From Dicyema japonicum (taxonomy: Eukaryota > Animalia > Dicyemida), in the NCBI GenBank assembly GCA_011109175.1, contig RDEW01000092.1:29777-70650 (forward strand): a stretch of 40,874 bases of DNA, written 5' to 3'. Below the pieces are notes generated by a model. It was not told where the DNA came from. It saw only the letters and a list, made by a program, of their open reading frames with translations, and searched no databases. Shown one piece after another: positions 12,330 through 24,699 of the stretch. Each line of letters starts with the position of its first letter. The first letter of the stretch is position 1. The position numbers and the translations under genes were made by a program.

Positions 12330-12620
12330 CAACAAGTAGAGAAAAATAGTTACTATCCGACCGATCAAATTACTCCACATCACTCCATTGTTCGCTCTCC
12401 ATTGCAGAAAAGTATACAAGTTACAATAACACGCAGTATTTACATCACGTGAGGAGAGTAGGGTTTGATGACATTAAGTCGTGTTTACTAATACTGAATC
12501 TGTGTATGATTAATGTCTCTTGTAAGCAGCACACGGATGCAGCATATTTTAGTAGATCCTGACTTCCGTTACCTAAACGTTAAGTCTCGCACTGTGAATG
12601 CATTAATTCTAACATGGTAA
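12330..12620 (-). mobile_element. Degenerate LINE APE fragment
   Basis: Minus strand DLLKYAASVCCLQETL (the APE xCLQET motif); the rest is decayed. Confidence 0.4.
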
Positions 12621-12754
12621 ACAATAAAGGGACATAACAGTTCTATTCGATATACTGCATCTCAACGGTACAATAAATAATAACTTCTATGGATCAGAGG
12701 AGTCAAATACTTAGGAGTTATCATAATGGTTTTAAAACGATTGTTTTAAACTTT

Positions 12755-13170
12755 TGAGGTCGGCAATGAAAGCGGGAGAGGCTGCCCGTTTATATGAAAA
12801 CTCGAAGATAAAGAAATACAGCAGCCTCATAAACCGTTTTCATATACAGCCAGTGGTCGTCGAGACGAGCGGAGTCTTTGGCCCCAAGACGGTCTCTTTC
12901 CTTAGAGCACTTGGGTGTCTATGAGAGGCTGCCCGTTTATATGAAAACTCGAAGATAAAGAAATACAGCAGCCTCATAAACCGTTTTCATATACAGCCAG
13001 TGGTCGTCGAGACGAGCGGAGTCTTTGGCCCCAAGACGGTCTCTTTCCTTAGAGCACTTGGGTGTCTATTGACCAAGGCCTCGAGGGAGCGTCGGGAAAC
13101 CGAGTGGCTTTTCCAAAGGATATCCCTGGCAGTAGTCAGAGGTAACAGCCACTCGATCATATCCGCTGGA
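12755..13170 (+). mobile_element. CRE RLE 3' fragment containing a perfect 147-nt tandem duplication
   Basis: ENSKIKKYSSLINRFHIQPVVVETSGVFGPKTVSFLRALGCLLTKASRERRETEWLFQRISLAVVRGNS. 12776-12922 is repeated at 12923-13069. Confidence 0.9.
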
Positions 13171-14299
13171 CTTTAGAACGATTTTATTGTTATTAATAAA
13201 TAGTTTTATTATCACAGAGCCCTTTAAAATAACCTCAAAAGAGGCACAAAAAAAAAGATATTCATTGATATCCCTACACACGGAAATCTTTAGTAAAAGG
13301 CGAAAGATTTATACGTTATGTGTAGAAAACAGAACGAATTTTTACTTCAAGAATCGAGCAGAATTTATATTACATTATGATTTGATATATTATTACTGGT
13401 TGCTTTTAAATCTTGATATTTATAATAAATCTTATTTTGAATAAATAATATTTTATTAGTTATGTTAAATAATTATTTTAAATAATGAATCAATTGAATA
13501 TATTTAATAAAAAATGATTGAAAAAAATTAATTGTTACTTCCAACTTCATCAACATGTAAGAAGCTGGTGACTGAAGCTATAATGGTATTCCAAGTCATA
13601 ACATTTACGAGATCCTACATGTTTTTGTCGAATCCGGTTGTTTGTTGTAAGTTATAATATTCCAAGCTCTTTTTTATGTATATGATATCTTTATTCTAAG
13701 ATAGTTAAACTATAATGACACTTGGGGACAACTATTCTTATACGTTTATCTAAGAGGTGTATTTTGATACCTCCTAACGAGTCATGTGTCATTGGTGGAA
13801 TCAAAGCTGTGAGTTTTTTTGATTCATGTGCCGCCTAGTTAGTGACTTTGAGTAATTGATGGTTGAGTGATTTTCGGAGATACTCTTTATTTCAAAGTGA
13901 TCTTACGATGGAAGAATCTTTTTTAAAGTTAGTTACATAACTAATCTCGGCCTCACTAACTCGGAGCTGCAAATACCAATCGCACACATAGAACGTTCAA
14001 TCCTTGAATTGTAGACGAACAGTGTATTAATTCAGGAAATTCAAATGGTGATTTGCTGTCTTATTTAAATCATCCTGTAGAAAGAACTGGTTCCAATATC
14101 GTAGAGGATCCATGTTTACTTAGATGTCCCTCTGAAGAGAAGTTCAGTAATAGGAAAAATTTGTTTAAGTTTTAGTTTAACTATTTTCGGTTTTTGTAGA
14201 GGGTTACTGAGAACTCCTATGGAAATTTGATATCATTAGGTTATTTTATTTATTATCTGATATTATTTTAAAGTTCCTATCTTTAGATGATGAGATAAT

Positions 14300-14600
14300 T
14301 AACATGGGATAGAGAAAGGGGTTAGTGAGTTGTGGTCAATATTCTGAAGTAAAATTGAAAAGGGTGGAGGAGATTAGTGATCCCTGAGGAACCGCGTTAT
14401 ATGGTGGAAAAAATAGAATGTGAGAGTATATATGAGTTTGACCCAGAGAGGAATATTATGGTATAGGATATCCAAATAGAATGAATAGAGGAGGATTAAA
14501 TATTGTCGGAAAAAACCACATGGTCGAATTCTTATGTTTTCTATCAGCAATATATTGTGTCATAGTGATGAGGACAAGTCAATGTCGATCTTTAGAAATA
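14300..14600 (-). mobile_element. LINE RT fragment
   Basis: Minus strand EFDHV (AFDxV-like) followed by NAVPQGSLISSTLFNF. Confidence 0.65.
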
Positions 14601-14999
14601 TTGATGTGGCTGAAATTACGTTAAGAGCTATTTTCAAAAATAAAAATAAGAAAAAAATTTTTATATCAAATTTAGGTTAGGCATTAATTTATTAACCCCA
14701 GGCTTACAAGCCCAGCACAAACAGTCACAACTAATTAATCCAAAGAAGGAACCCATGGGAGAACATTTGCTTGTGGCGAATCATCCATCCTCCAATACCA
14801 CATTACAGACTTTCGTTTAAGAAGTAAGGTGGAAAAGTAGGTTGACTCTTCCATGTTTATCACGTCATCGGATCCTGAATATCACTTCAATCTTCGGTGG
14901 AACAGTTTTTTTTATAATGGTAATCTTCGATTTCCCTTCTTACGATTTTGATTATTGATGTTTGAAGTGAATTTCTCTGAGGCTTATAATTTTTAGAAT

Positions 15000-15420
15000 A
15001 AAATGACGTTGAAAAACGCTCTTTTTTTTAGTTGGTCATCACTGATTTTTGAGTTGACTAATCTCATACCGAGCGATAACAAACGCCTTAATGGAAGGAA
15101 AACATTCTCTTTTGCTAATTGTCAGAACCAGGTATATGATGGTACATGTGTTGACACGTACTCTTTGAAGAATTTTCTCACTTCAGTCTCAGATCAAAGT
15201 CATGCTTATATGGAAGCAGAGGATCAGAAGAGAAGGAAGTGCAGAAGCATTTTGGAAGATCATTGTTTATCCTATTTGCTATTGATATATCAGGAATCCT
15301 CGGCCCATAAGTGGGCGATCTTTTCCGTCGGATCAATTATCCAATGGGTTATCGAGGATCTAATTAAGATTGGATGGCTTCGGGAGCATATCTCGATAGC
15401 CATTGTCTGAGGTAATAATA
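15000..15420 (+). mobile_element. Diverged CRE RLE domain
   Basis: ORF 15003-15410: SDNKRLNGRKTFSF..VYDGTCVDTYS..EAEDQKRRK..WLREHISIAIV, then GN. The catalytic PD is mutated. Confidence 0.82.
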
Positions 15421-16079
15421 AAAAATCAGGAGATATATTGGATTTAGAAAATTGAGTAGATCGTTAGAGAAGTTCTTTTACATTGAGGTCTTCACAGACA
15501 ATAGATTTCTTTTAAATACTTGTATTCAACGTTTGACATGTCTTCCATAAAACGGTCTATGTTGGCATATCTCCCCCCTTCGAACCAAGATCTTACGTTC
15601 ATCCGACACTTTTTTTCATAAATTTGAATTTCCAAGGACAAGAGTTATCGTCACATAAAGTGATCCAGAAGTCCATATCAGTTTTTTTCCTGCGGTTAGT
15701 TTTGGAATCCTTGATTAATCTCCACAACAGAGAAGGTTTCTTCTCGTATCCCGGATATTCGTACAGAAATAGTTTATGTCCAGCCAGAGGGAATAGTCAA
15801 AATATCGCACAGCAAAGATACGTAGCCTCCACAACATTCCGTCTAATTAATAATACCAAAAAATAATATTTTATTATTAAATAAAACGTGTTATTGGGAA
15901 TACCAAACTAAATTAAATTTTAATAAATTAAAATTAACATAATTATAATTTATCAACAACTACTGAAAGTTCCTACTAAAAGTGACTCCAGGAATGTCCT
16001 CAAGAAATTATTCTGAATAGATTGTAGTGAAAATTGTACACGTAAATTATACTGACAAAACATTGTTCCCGCTATAGAA

Positions 16080-16420
16080 TATGACTTTACTTAAGAAATT
16101 CTGCATTTCTGGGTCATCATTGGACGATTCAGCTTTTTACATGAGAGGACTCTACGCCTTTTAGGGAGTTAACGGATACTTCCCTCTTCACTTCTCTGCT
16201 GGAATTGTCAATGCGAAGAAATAGACTCGGATTCCTTCGGTTCTTCCTGAAACAAGGGAATCCACTATGTTTATTGAGAATCCAAATTGTGATTCGTATG
16301 ACTTTCTCTAAAAGAGTTTCATCGTCGTCCTAGTCGCTTTAACGATGGGTAATTGGTTATGCTGACAAATTCATTTACATGTGACTCTTAGTAGATATGC
16401 TACGAACGGTCGGAGGTAAT
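16080..16420 (+). mobile_element. Highly degenerate non-LTR RT fragment
   Basis: LKQGNPLCLL (QGDPLSPLL-like) followed at plausible spacing by VIGYAD. Confidence 0.4.
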
Positions 16421-17459
16421 TATTAATAACTGAGTCTAATGGGTGGTCCAAATTATTATTTAAAAAGTAGGTTCAGTAAAGGCCTCAACCAAGGGTTCAT
16501 ATTTCGGCTAAAGTTGGTGTCTCAAAGTTGTTTCAAAGAAAGTCAAAGCGCATACAATATGATTCTATCCAAATCTCTCGTTTTAAGGTAGGTTCAGTAA
16601 AGACCTAGATTAAAGATTCATACATTTGGGCTAAAAATAGGTGTCTCTAAAATAGTTTGTTGTCTGAAATATAATAGCCATTAAAATAAAAGATCCAAAC
16701 TACAACAACATTGCATTCACGTTTCTTTTATACAGAGAATTTGTCTGATAGTTCTCTGAATGTGTCATTTCTTCCAAGAGGCTAGAAGAATAAAGACCCA
16801 AGAGTACCAAATGAGGTTATGTCCACAATTAACGTAAAAGCGCTATTTCAACTACTGTCATTTAACCCATTAGTCGGAATAACAGAATTATGTAATAATA
16901 AACATTCGCAATAAAAGTTATATTTTCTCGTCTCTTGTGCCATTCTAGACTCCTCTTCGCTCTTCTATAGATTGCGATTTTTAGTGGCTGTCTGAGTCCT
17001 TAGTTGTTTTCCATGTCCGAGTTAATCACCATGTTCCCAAGTTTTAAAGCAGTATCGGTAGGACGAAAGTGTACTTTTAATGGTCTTGAAACATTCAGCG
17101 TCGAAGTAGTCTCTTCAGTGCTATTGTTGACAACATCTTTTTTCGTTGAACATCTTTCAGGTCATCAAGCAAAGACCCGACTTTATTCGCTCTCCTCCAA
17201 ATCTCATCGGTAAGTTTGCTTTCTTGTTTGATTGCAATAAGTTCATTTTCAGGAATCGCTCTCCAACTAATCTATGAGATTGATTAAGAACAATATTGAT
17301 ATTATTGTTGCCGTCGGAAACAAAATCCACGTTATCAGTCGCTAGTACAATTTCTCCAGGGTGTGTTTTAACATAGATGCAATTGAGGGACGTCATCACT
17401 TCAGCCAGAAAAATGATAGAAATGGCCCATAAAATACATAAATTACCTAAATTAAAGTT

Positions 17460-17600
17460 AAATTTATTGAACCAGTAAACCACCGTCATAGCCAGAATAA
17501 ACAAATTCAGGTGATCTCGTCCTCCTTCATAAATCTTTGGCATGCTCGGACTTGAAGGAGGTACCATCCAGGAGGAACTCCTCTAGTTGTTCACGTCAAG
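17460..17600 (-). repeat. Short dispersed repeat, probable retroelement 3' end
   Basis: Related to 23865-23950 and 38015-38145 (ttattgaaccag..caccg..tgctcggactt..tccaggagg). Ends in caataaa on the minus strand. Confidence 0.5.
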
Positions 17601-17691
17601 CCAAAGTATCGTATATGCGTGCAACTTTAACCGATAAGTACAGCAGTGGGATTCTAACTAGGGACCATCATTTTTAATCGGATATTAACAA

Positions 17692-17995
17692 ATTAAAATA
17701 GAGGAAGTTACAAGCACAGTCAATACTCAGAAAGTAGCGTCCCACAGCTGCATTAAGAAACTAAAATTGGACGTAGAAGGAAATTCCATTAAATCTGTTC
17801 CGGCTAAATCTGTTCTTTGGCTACAGGACTGAGGATCAAGGAGGTGAAGGAAATTTATGAGGGAGAAATAGTTGAAGAATAGCCGATTGAGACAGAAAAC
17901 ACGATTTGTGGGTATTCGAAGATGATAAGCTACATGATGATCACTTTGAAGACAGCGTAGGGTATGTTTACGTTACAGGTACGTATGAAATAAAC
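17692..17995 (+). pseudogene. RUVBL1: RuvB-like 1 (Pontin) pseudogene fragment, copy 1
   Basis: IKIEEVTSTVNTQKVASHSCIKKLKLD matches the RUVBL1 N-terminus ([27 protein letters not shown]). Then GLRIKEVKEIYEGEIVEE*PIETENTICGYSKMISYMMITLKTA*GT. The Walker A region is deleted, ATG has become ATT, there are two stops, and a 17-nt GT-AG intron lies at 17962-17978. Confidence 0.9.
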
Positions 17996-18329
17996 AGTGC
18001 ACTTCCTGGTTCTTTGCAAAAAAGCAGAAAACCTTGCCCATTGTTTCTTGTCACAATCTTCAAGAGTAGCAATAAATCCGAAATCCTTATAAACAATTAA
18101 AATGGATTATTTATAAATTAATTATTAATATATAATATAAATTAGCGGGAGTTTATTTAATTTTATAGTCTTTTGTTGTCTTTTTATTATGTCAGATTTG
18201 TATGACAACTTTAATATATATGGACATAAGTACTTTGGATTTATCCCCATTGATCTTATAGAAGAAGGTAAATTCGATTTCTTATCCTCATAGTTGTTAA
18301 AATAACGATAGAAGAACTCGATAACCTGA

Positions 18330-20100
18330 AAAATAACTTACTCCCACTTAGAAACGAGGTACTTACTAAGTAACCAAATAAGACCATTTCCGAGAAGGAC
18401 TGGACTGACTTTATCGAGAATGCCTACAAAAAATCTATTGAGTCTACGGACGACTTCATTTTTCGATCATTTGTACCATTCTGTCTCATTTAAGGACTTA
18501 ATTTCGTCAATTTTTAAGATCCCCGACCACGTGACGCTGCCGTGTGATAAAGAAGGCGACAAATATACAAGAGAATGCGACCCTTCTGACAATGAAGTAA
18601 ATGAGTTGGTGGAAAGATCCTCTCAGGTTGTCATTGTGGTCACTTAGATTTCGCTTGAACTCATCGATAATAATGATAATATAAGGGACCTTGAAAATTG
18701 TATTGAGAAACTGGAGTTTTTGTTAAATGACGATTAGTTTTTTTGATGTTTTTTATTAGACTTGCTTCCATATTTAAATTCGGTGATTTTTAGTCCGGTA
18801 GTTAAGTTTTTAACCGATGTTGCCTGACAACCACGGACCATTCTATGGAGACATAGATTTGGAGTTGTCTCAGAGAGGGAGACGACTAGATGGACTATAA
18901 GAGTTTGTTGTAACGGACAGTAAAGGAGGCTACGATGTTGTTATTTTTCAGGTTGCAACGCTTTGCCATGAAAGTTCCATTGTGAAAGTGTATTTATGGT
19001 GACGTACCTTAATAGCAGGATATGTGTATGTAGCTTCATGACGTGTGAAGGTCTCATCGTTTAAATTGTGGTCTCTGAAAACTTGAATACACAAAGTTTT
19101 GAACTAAAAAATGTTCAAAGTCTTCGAGTTCAAATTGGTCAGGTTCTCATTAAACTTGAAAAAGTATCGATTTTAGTGAACATGTGCTTGATGCTAATAA
19201 ACTGTTTCGCTTCATTAGTTGGTTTATATATTAAACTGATTATTAGATAGAACCAATGCAAGTCATTGTTGGCCGACTTCTGCATCCTTTAGTTCTATTT
19301 ACAAGCTACAAAAATTCATAACATCACGAACAACGAAATAGTTTCCCGTTGAAATGAAAAGATGGGTCCTTTTTGAATCTCCCCCAGGTATTAGGAGTCT
19401 ACCGTGTTAAGTGGATTGGATAACGTGTTTGGTGGATACTAGAAGGAAGAGAATCTTTAATCAAGTAACCGCATGGTACAGAATGGGACCATGCTTACTA
19501 ATAATGAAGATCAAAATTCTACAAGGAGTACTTGAGACAGTTGGAAGACGATAAAATATAAACGGAAAAAATCTTAAAATATGTTTTTTGGGATCCTCCT
19601 GTTCAATCAATTCTAAGTTAGTAGCTGAGAGTAAAAGACACAGCTTTAGCATTACCTTGGTCGTTATTTCATTGTTTTTAAATGTGGAGAGGGGAGCTGT
19701 TTTGATGGCTTTCTATTTAAGATAGTCTCATTCAAATAATCGGTCCCTATCTGTCCTAAATATACTGACCAAAATTCATGATTCCATTAATGAACAAAAA
19801 TTCTACGTTGATTTTTGTCATGTTTCCATAAGCTTTGAAAGGGTCCAGTTCTGCAGTTAGGTTCGCTAGATTCCTTATGGAAATTGTTTAGATTCAATAC
19901 TGTCATAAGAGCATTTAGAGGGATTTCTGTCTTCTCTGTATTTGTTTACTAAAAATTTGACTCCATCAGAGAAAAACTAAAATAATAAAATTGGCATCGT
20001 CAGGTCTTCTGTCAGATATTGATTAGGCTCATACTTTGTAATATTTCTTAGCTACATTATAGTTAAAGCAATTTTTAGCGTTTTTGTCATTTTTATCATC
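18330..20100 (+). mobile_element. Ancient, heavily decayed CRE-type RT region
   Basis: Ordered remnants: QIRPFP..GLTLSRM (IRPIAVGxTLRRL), VIVV-LDF (VKLDFxNAFN), LMLINCFA..KLI..ASHCW (LLxNCFxxPKLxYxLRxSPCW) and RW..LPQVLG. Many frameshifts. Confidence 0.5.
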
Positions 20101-20159
20101 ATATGTGGCATTGAGGTGATTTGCTGTCTCATTCAATTATTAGTCAGTCTCCATTGTGA

Positions 20160-20600
20160 CCAAATCTTCCGTAGACATCTTGTCATTTTAGGCTCTCCCT
20201 TGCTCATTCATATAAGCCGCCTGATCAGTCAGATAAATTTTGCTGTGCCGGAGTCATGCACGCTAAACTTCTCTTTAGGTTATACGTGGATTTTTAAACT
20301 CTTTTTAAATCTATTTTGTAATTTGGATACATTATTTATTTACCCCCAGTTTTTTGAATGAATGTTTCTAAAGAGAAGATCAAAAAGAACTATTTACTCC
20401 ACCACACCAGGAGACAATCCATATTCCAGCCTTGTTCTCACCTTTCAAAAATATGTCCTCATACCGAAACACGGAAAACAAACTGATTTTAGTCTTCCAA
20501 ATAATGTCAAACAGGAATTGGTCAATCTACCGGCTTTTCTAGTAAAAATGATTGACACCAGTTTGAATCGTCAAACCCACTATTAACCACTTTATTCCCA
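20160..20600 (-). mobile_element. Degenerate CRE RLE
   Basis: Paralogue of 28680-29150, which reads GEPKMTRCLRKIWLAIMRGNS; the terminal part is deleted in this copy. Confidence 0.5.
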
Positions 20601-20789
20601 GGGTAAATCTAAACAGTACGATTAAACCAAAATGTATGATGATGGCTTCTTCGCTTTGTTATTTGAAAACATCTCCCTGAAGATATTGAGATTTATGGGT
20701 CAACTTCCCGAGTCTCCATAATCTTCTCAGATATTTTTTAATTTTAAAGTTTTCTTAAATCAGTAAAGTCAGTTTTTTGAAAAAAATCT

Positions 20790-21250
20790 TCAGTATAGCT
20801 TGCAGGTATTGGGATATACACCTTATGATTGCGAGCCCGATGTTCTAGAAGTGCCATCGTCTCTTTCTAAGCTTTCCCTTCTGCAGTCCTAAAAACAGAG
20901 CGATTACTTCAGTATAGCTTGCAGGTATTGGGATATACACCTTATGAACGCGAGCCCGATGTTCTAGAAGTGCCATCGTCTCTTTCTAAGCTTTCCCTTC
21001 TGCAGTCCTAAAAACAGAGCGATTAATTTGAAAAAACTCAGACGTGCTCAGGCCAATCACGTCAGACGTCTCAAATAAGATCGGCTGGAGTGCGAACCGA
21101 TCCCAAATGTTCCAGTACTTACATTTTTTCGAATCTTCAACAGTATTCGTTGCAGAAATAACTTAAGGAGATTTGCGTTTGAGAAAGTGTCCGTGCATGT
21201 TCAATCCCAAGCAAGACACCTCCCTTGGCTCTACGGCAATGTTTCTCAAC
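20790..21250 (-). mobile_element. CRE RLE fragment with a 119-nt tandem duplication
   Basis: Paralogue of 27270-27620 with TCTDTFS..EDSK..KY..QPILFETS..NIGLAI. 20788-20906 is repeated at 20907-21025. Confidence 0.75.
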
Positions 21251-21292
21251 GGGGTCACTAGAAAAATTCAGAGAGTCTCCATGAATTTAAGN

Positions 21293-22355
21293 ATGCATGA
21301 TACGTCAAAGAAAGCGACAAGTAGTCCAATGGAACGTAATCAGCGGACTTTTTCAGAGAAAAGATGAAACACGTGTAAATAAAACTTCAAAATCTTCGCG
21401 GTTAAAACGTATGATTCCCTTAAGCATGAGACGCTAAAATTCTTTACTCGCCTAGGAAATCGGATTTCTGCACGAACAAGAGATTCCCGTGAGAGCTGCT
21501 GGCTATTTGAACGAATCTCGCTCGCCATCGTAAAGGAAATAGCTAAGCAGTCAAGGCGACCTCTGCATCACTATTTTTTGTTTTATTTTGATTTAACAAT
21601 AAAATATTTATGTAATTCGCTCAATAGTTCTTCAAAATTACTAGAATTACCAGCAGCTTAACTAGGTTCGCTGACAGCCTATTAGTTTCACGTACATGAA
21701 CCTCTTGAGAACCAAGTGGGATCCGCTCACCAGGGAACTCGCCCTCTCAGCTTTCCTGCCTCAGTCAACGCTTCTACGGATCTTATGCGTCAGGTCCTAC
21801 TCCGCATAAATGGATCTCAAGAAGAACCAGTAGCATGCATGGGTCGGGAAATTGAGACCCAAAACTTTTAGTGAGATAAAACCAGAACATCAACGGAATC
21901 TCCACGTATGCCTTGCGTCTGCATCGACAATGAAAGCAGTGCTTAGCCTAGATTTTCCCCTCCCTTGGGCGCTTTTGGACGATAACTCCAAGAGAATAGG
22001 GGGTCTGGGTCCGCCTCAAATAGAATACAGCCCTGTGGTCAAGGAAAAGTAATGTAAACCTAAGCTTAGGCAGAACGCACAATTTATTCAAGAAGTAAGA
22101 CAAGTCATGATAATTTATCCAAGGCATTGAGAATGTTCTTGACTTCTTGTTTTTTTGTTGTATGTGAGTCCTATAAGACAATCCGGTTCCACATTAATGA
22201 AACACTGATGGCACTGTCACTCATCACCCAGAAGCATCATGAATGATTGAAAACCGAGGTAACCACATATTTTAATTAATTATATAATATTTTGTTTGAT
22301 TTAATTTAATTTAAATTTGTTTATTCAATATCGTGTTTTCGCTGTGTGATTTTTT
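21293..22355. repeat. Second copy of 10393-11455 (CRE RLE 21395-21565, CRE linker 21715-22050, SINE-like piece)
   Basis: Direct alignment; ORFs 21852 and 21948 are identical to 10952 and 11048. Confidence 0.95.
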
Positions 22356-22835
22356 NNNNNNNNNNNNNNNNNNNNNNNNNNNNNNNNNNNNNNNNNNNNN
22401 NNNNNNNNNNNNNNNNNNNNNNNNNNNNNNNNNNNNNNNNNNNNNNNNNNNNNNNNNNNNNNNNNNNNNNNNNNNNNNNNNNNNNNNNNNNNNNNNNNNN
22501 NNNNNNNNNNNNNNNNNNNNNNNNNNNNNNNNNNNNNNNNNNNNNNNNNNNNNNNNNNNNNNNNNNNNNNNNNNNNNNNNNNNNNNNNNNNNNNNNNNNN
22601 NNNNNNNNNNNNNNNNNNNNNNNNNNNNNNNNNNNNNNNNNNNNNNNNNNNNNNNNNNNNNNNNNNNNNNNNNNNNNNNNNNNNNNNNNNNNNNNNNNNN
22701 NNNNNNNNNNNNNNNNNNNNNNNNNNNNNNNNNNNNNNNNNNNNNNNNNNNNNNNNNNNNNNNNNNNNNNNNNNNNNNNNNNNNNNNNNNNNNNNNNNNN
22801 NNNNNNNNNNNNNNNNNNNNNNNNNNNNNNNNNNN
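22356..22835. other. Assembly gap (480 N)
   Basis: Run of n. Confidence 1.
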
Positions 22836-24039
22836 AACGTCAAAAATTAAAGGAAGCAGGTCATTGATTCTGCTAGACAAATCAGATCGCTTATCGCTGA
22901 TAAATTCTAGGTCAATTTACGGCAAAATCGATTGTTACAATTCATAAAGAAGGTTGCTCAATATCGATCTCATTTATCTAAGTGATCTTAAAAAAAGATT
23001 TTTTGAGGCCCTATGACTTCATTCGTCTCGGCGACAACAATCTGTTATAAAATCTGGTCAGAGGTTGTTGTATTTGATTATTTAAAGTTCTCTAACTGCA
23101 AATTGGTGTATGCAGATACCATATTGCGAATCATATTTTTCCAGAGAGAATAGATAAACTATGATCCTGTCTGAGCGTATCCCATAATCACGATATCGGA
23201 AAAAAAGAGAAAATGCAGAAGACCTTGAATGCTTAAGAGAGAAAACAAAATAAGAGCTACTTGAAAAAAGATGAAATTATTATGAACGTGCTTGAAGAAT
23301 TTAAAATAAAAAAAACAACGAGAAATTTAATAGCAGTTAAAGAACAGGAAGATATTCCACTGGTCTTATCATATTTCGGCATTTAGTAACAAATGTGATG
23401 AGTCCGATGATTGTAAGAGTTAGAAAAGAGAACATAATTCCTATAATTATAAAATTTTTTGAATCATTGGAATTTGTATTTTTTCCATGAGTTTCTTTTT
23501 CAAAACACTCCGACTCTAAAATTCAGGAAAATGCGATTTTTCGTGGCTGTCTGAGTTTTTAGTTGTTTTCCATGTCCGAGATAATCACCACGTTCCCAAG
23601 TTTTAAAGCAGTATCGGTAGGACGAAAGTGTACTTTTAATGGTCTTGAATCATTCAGCGTCGAAGTAGTCTCTTCAGTGATATTGTTGACAACATCTTTC
23701 TTCGTTGAACATCTTCCAGGTCGCCAAGCAAAGACCCGACTATATTCGCTCTCCTCCATATCTCATCGGTAAGTTTGCTTTCTTGTTTGATTGAAATAAA
23801 CTCGGTTTTTTGTTAGTTCATTTTCAGGAATCGCTCTCCAAATAATCTATGAGATTGATTAAGCTCGTCGACCTTCATAAATCTTTGGCATGCTCGGACT
23901 TGAAGGAGGTGCCATCCAGGAGGAACTCCTCTAGTTGTTCACGTCAAGCCAAAGCATCGTATATGCGTGCAACTTTAACCGATAAATACAGCAGTGGGAT
24001 CCTAACTAGGGACCATCATTTTTAATCGGATATTAACAA

Positions 24040-24343
24040 ATTAAAATAGAGGAAGTTACAAGCACAGTCAATACCCAGAAAGTAGCGTCCCACAGCCGCA
24101 TTAAGAAACTAAGATTGGACGCAGAAGGAAATGCTATTAAATCTGTTCCGGCTAAATCTGTTCTTTGGCTACAGGACTGAGGATCAAGGAGGTGAAGGAA
24201 ATCTATAAGGGAGAAATAGTTGAAGAATAGCCGATTGAGACAGAAAACACGATTTGTGGGTATTCGAAGATGATAAGCTACATGATGATCACTTTGAAGA
24301 CAGCGTAGGGTATGTTTACGTTACAGGTACGTATGAAATAAAC
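24040..24343 (+). pseudogene. RUVBL1: RuvB-like 1 pseudogene fragment, copy 2
   Basis: IKIEEVTSTVNTQKVASHSRIKKLRLDAEG...GLRIKEVKEIYKGEIVE. Same deletion and stops as copy 1; 17-nt intron at 24310-24326. Confidence 0.9.
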
Positions 24344-24699
24344 AGTGCACTTTGCAGACCAAACAGAATACTTCCTGGTTCCTTGCAAAAAAGCAGAAAA
24401 CCTTGCCCATTGTTTCTTGTCACAATCTTCAAGAGTAGCAATAAATCCGAAATCTTTATAAACAATTAAAATGGATTATTTATAAATTAATTATTAATAT
24501 ATAATATAAATTAGCGGGAGTTTATTTAATTTTATAGTCTTTTGTTGTCTTTTCATTATGTCAGATTTGTATGACAACTTTAATATATATGGACATAAGT
24601 ACTTTGGATTTATCCCCATTGATCTTATAGAAGAAGGTAAATTCGATTTCTTATCCTCATAGTTGTTAAAATAACGATAGAAGAACTCGATAACCTGAA

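Larger units (their letters stand above)
16973..21291. repeat. About 4.3-kb composite block, copy 1 (copy 2 at 23532-27652; partial copy 3 at 28132-29738)
   Basis: Collinear alignment by eye, with paired ORFs in the track (17004/23563, 17906/24254, 18420/24789, 20362/26792/28798). Confidence 0.95.

Noticed and set aside
22311-22947. Long ORFs in the track
   Set aside because: Artefacts of the N gap.
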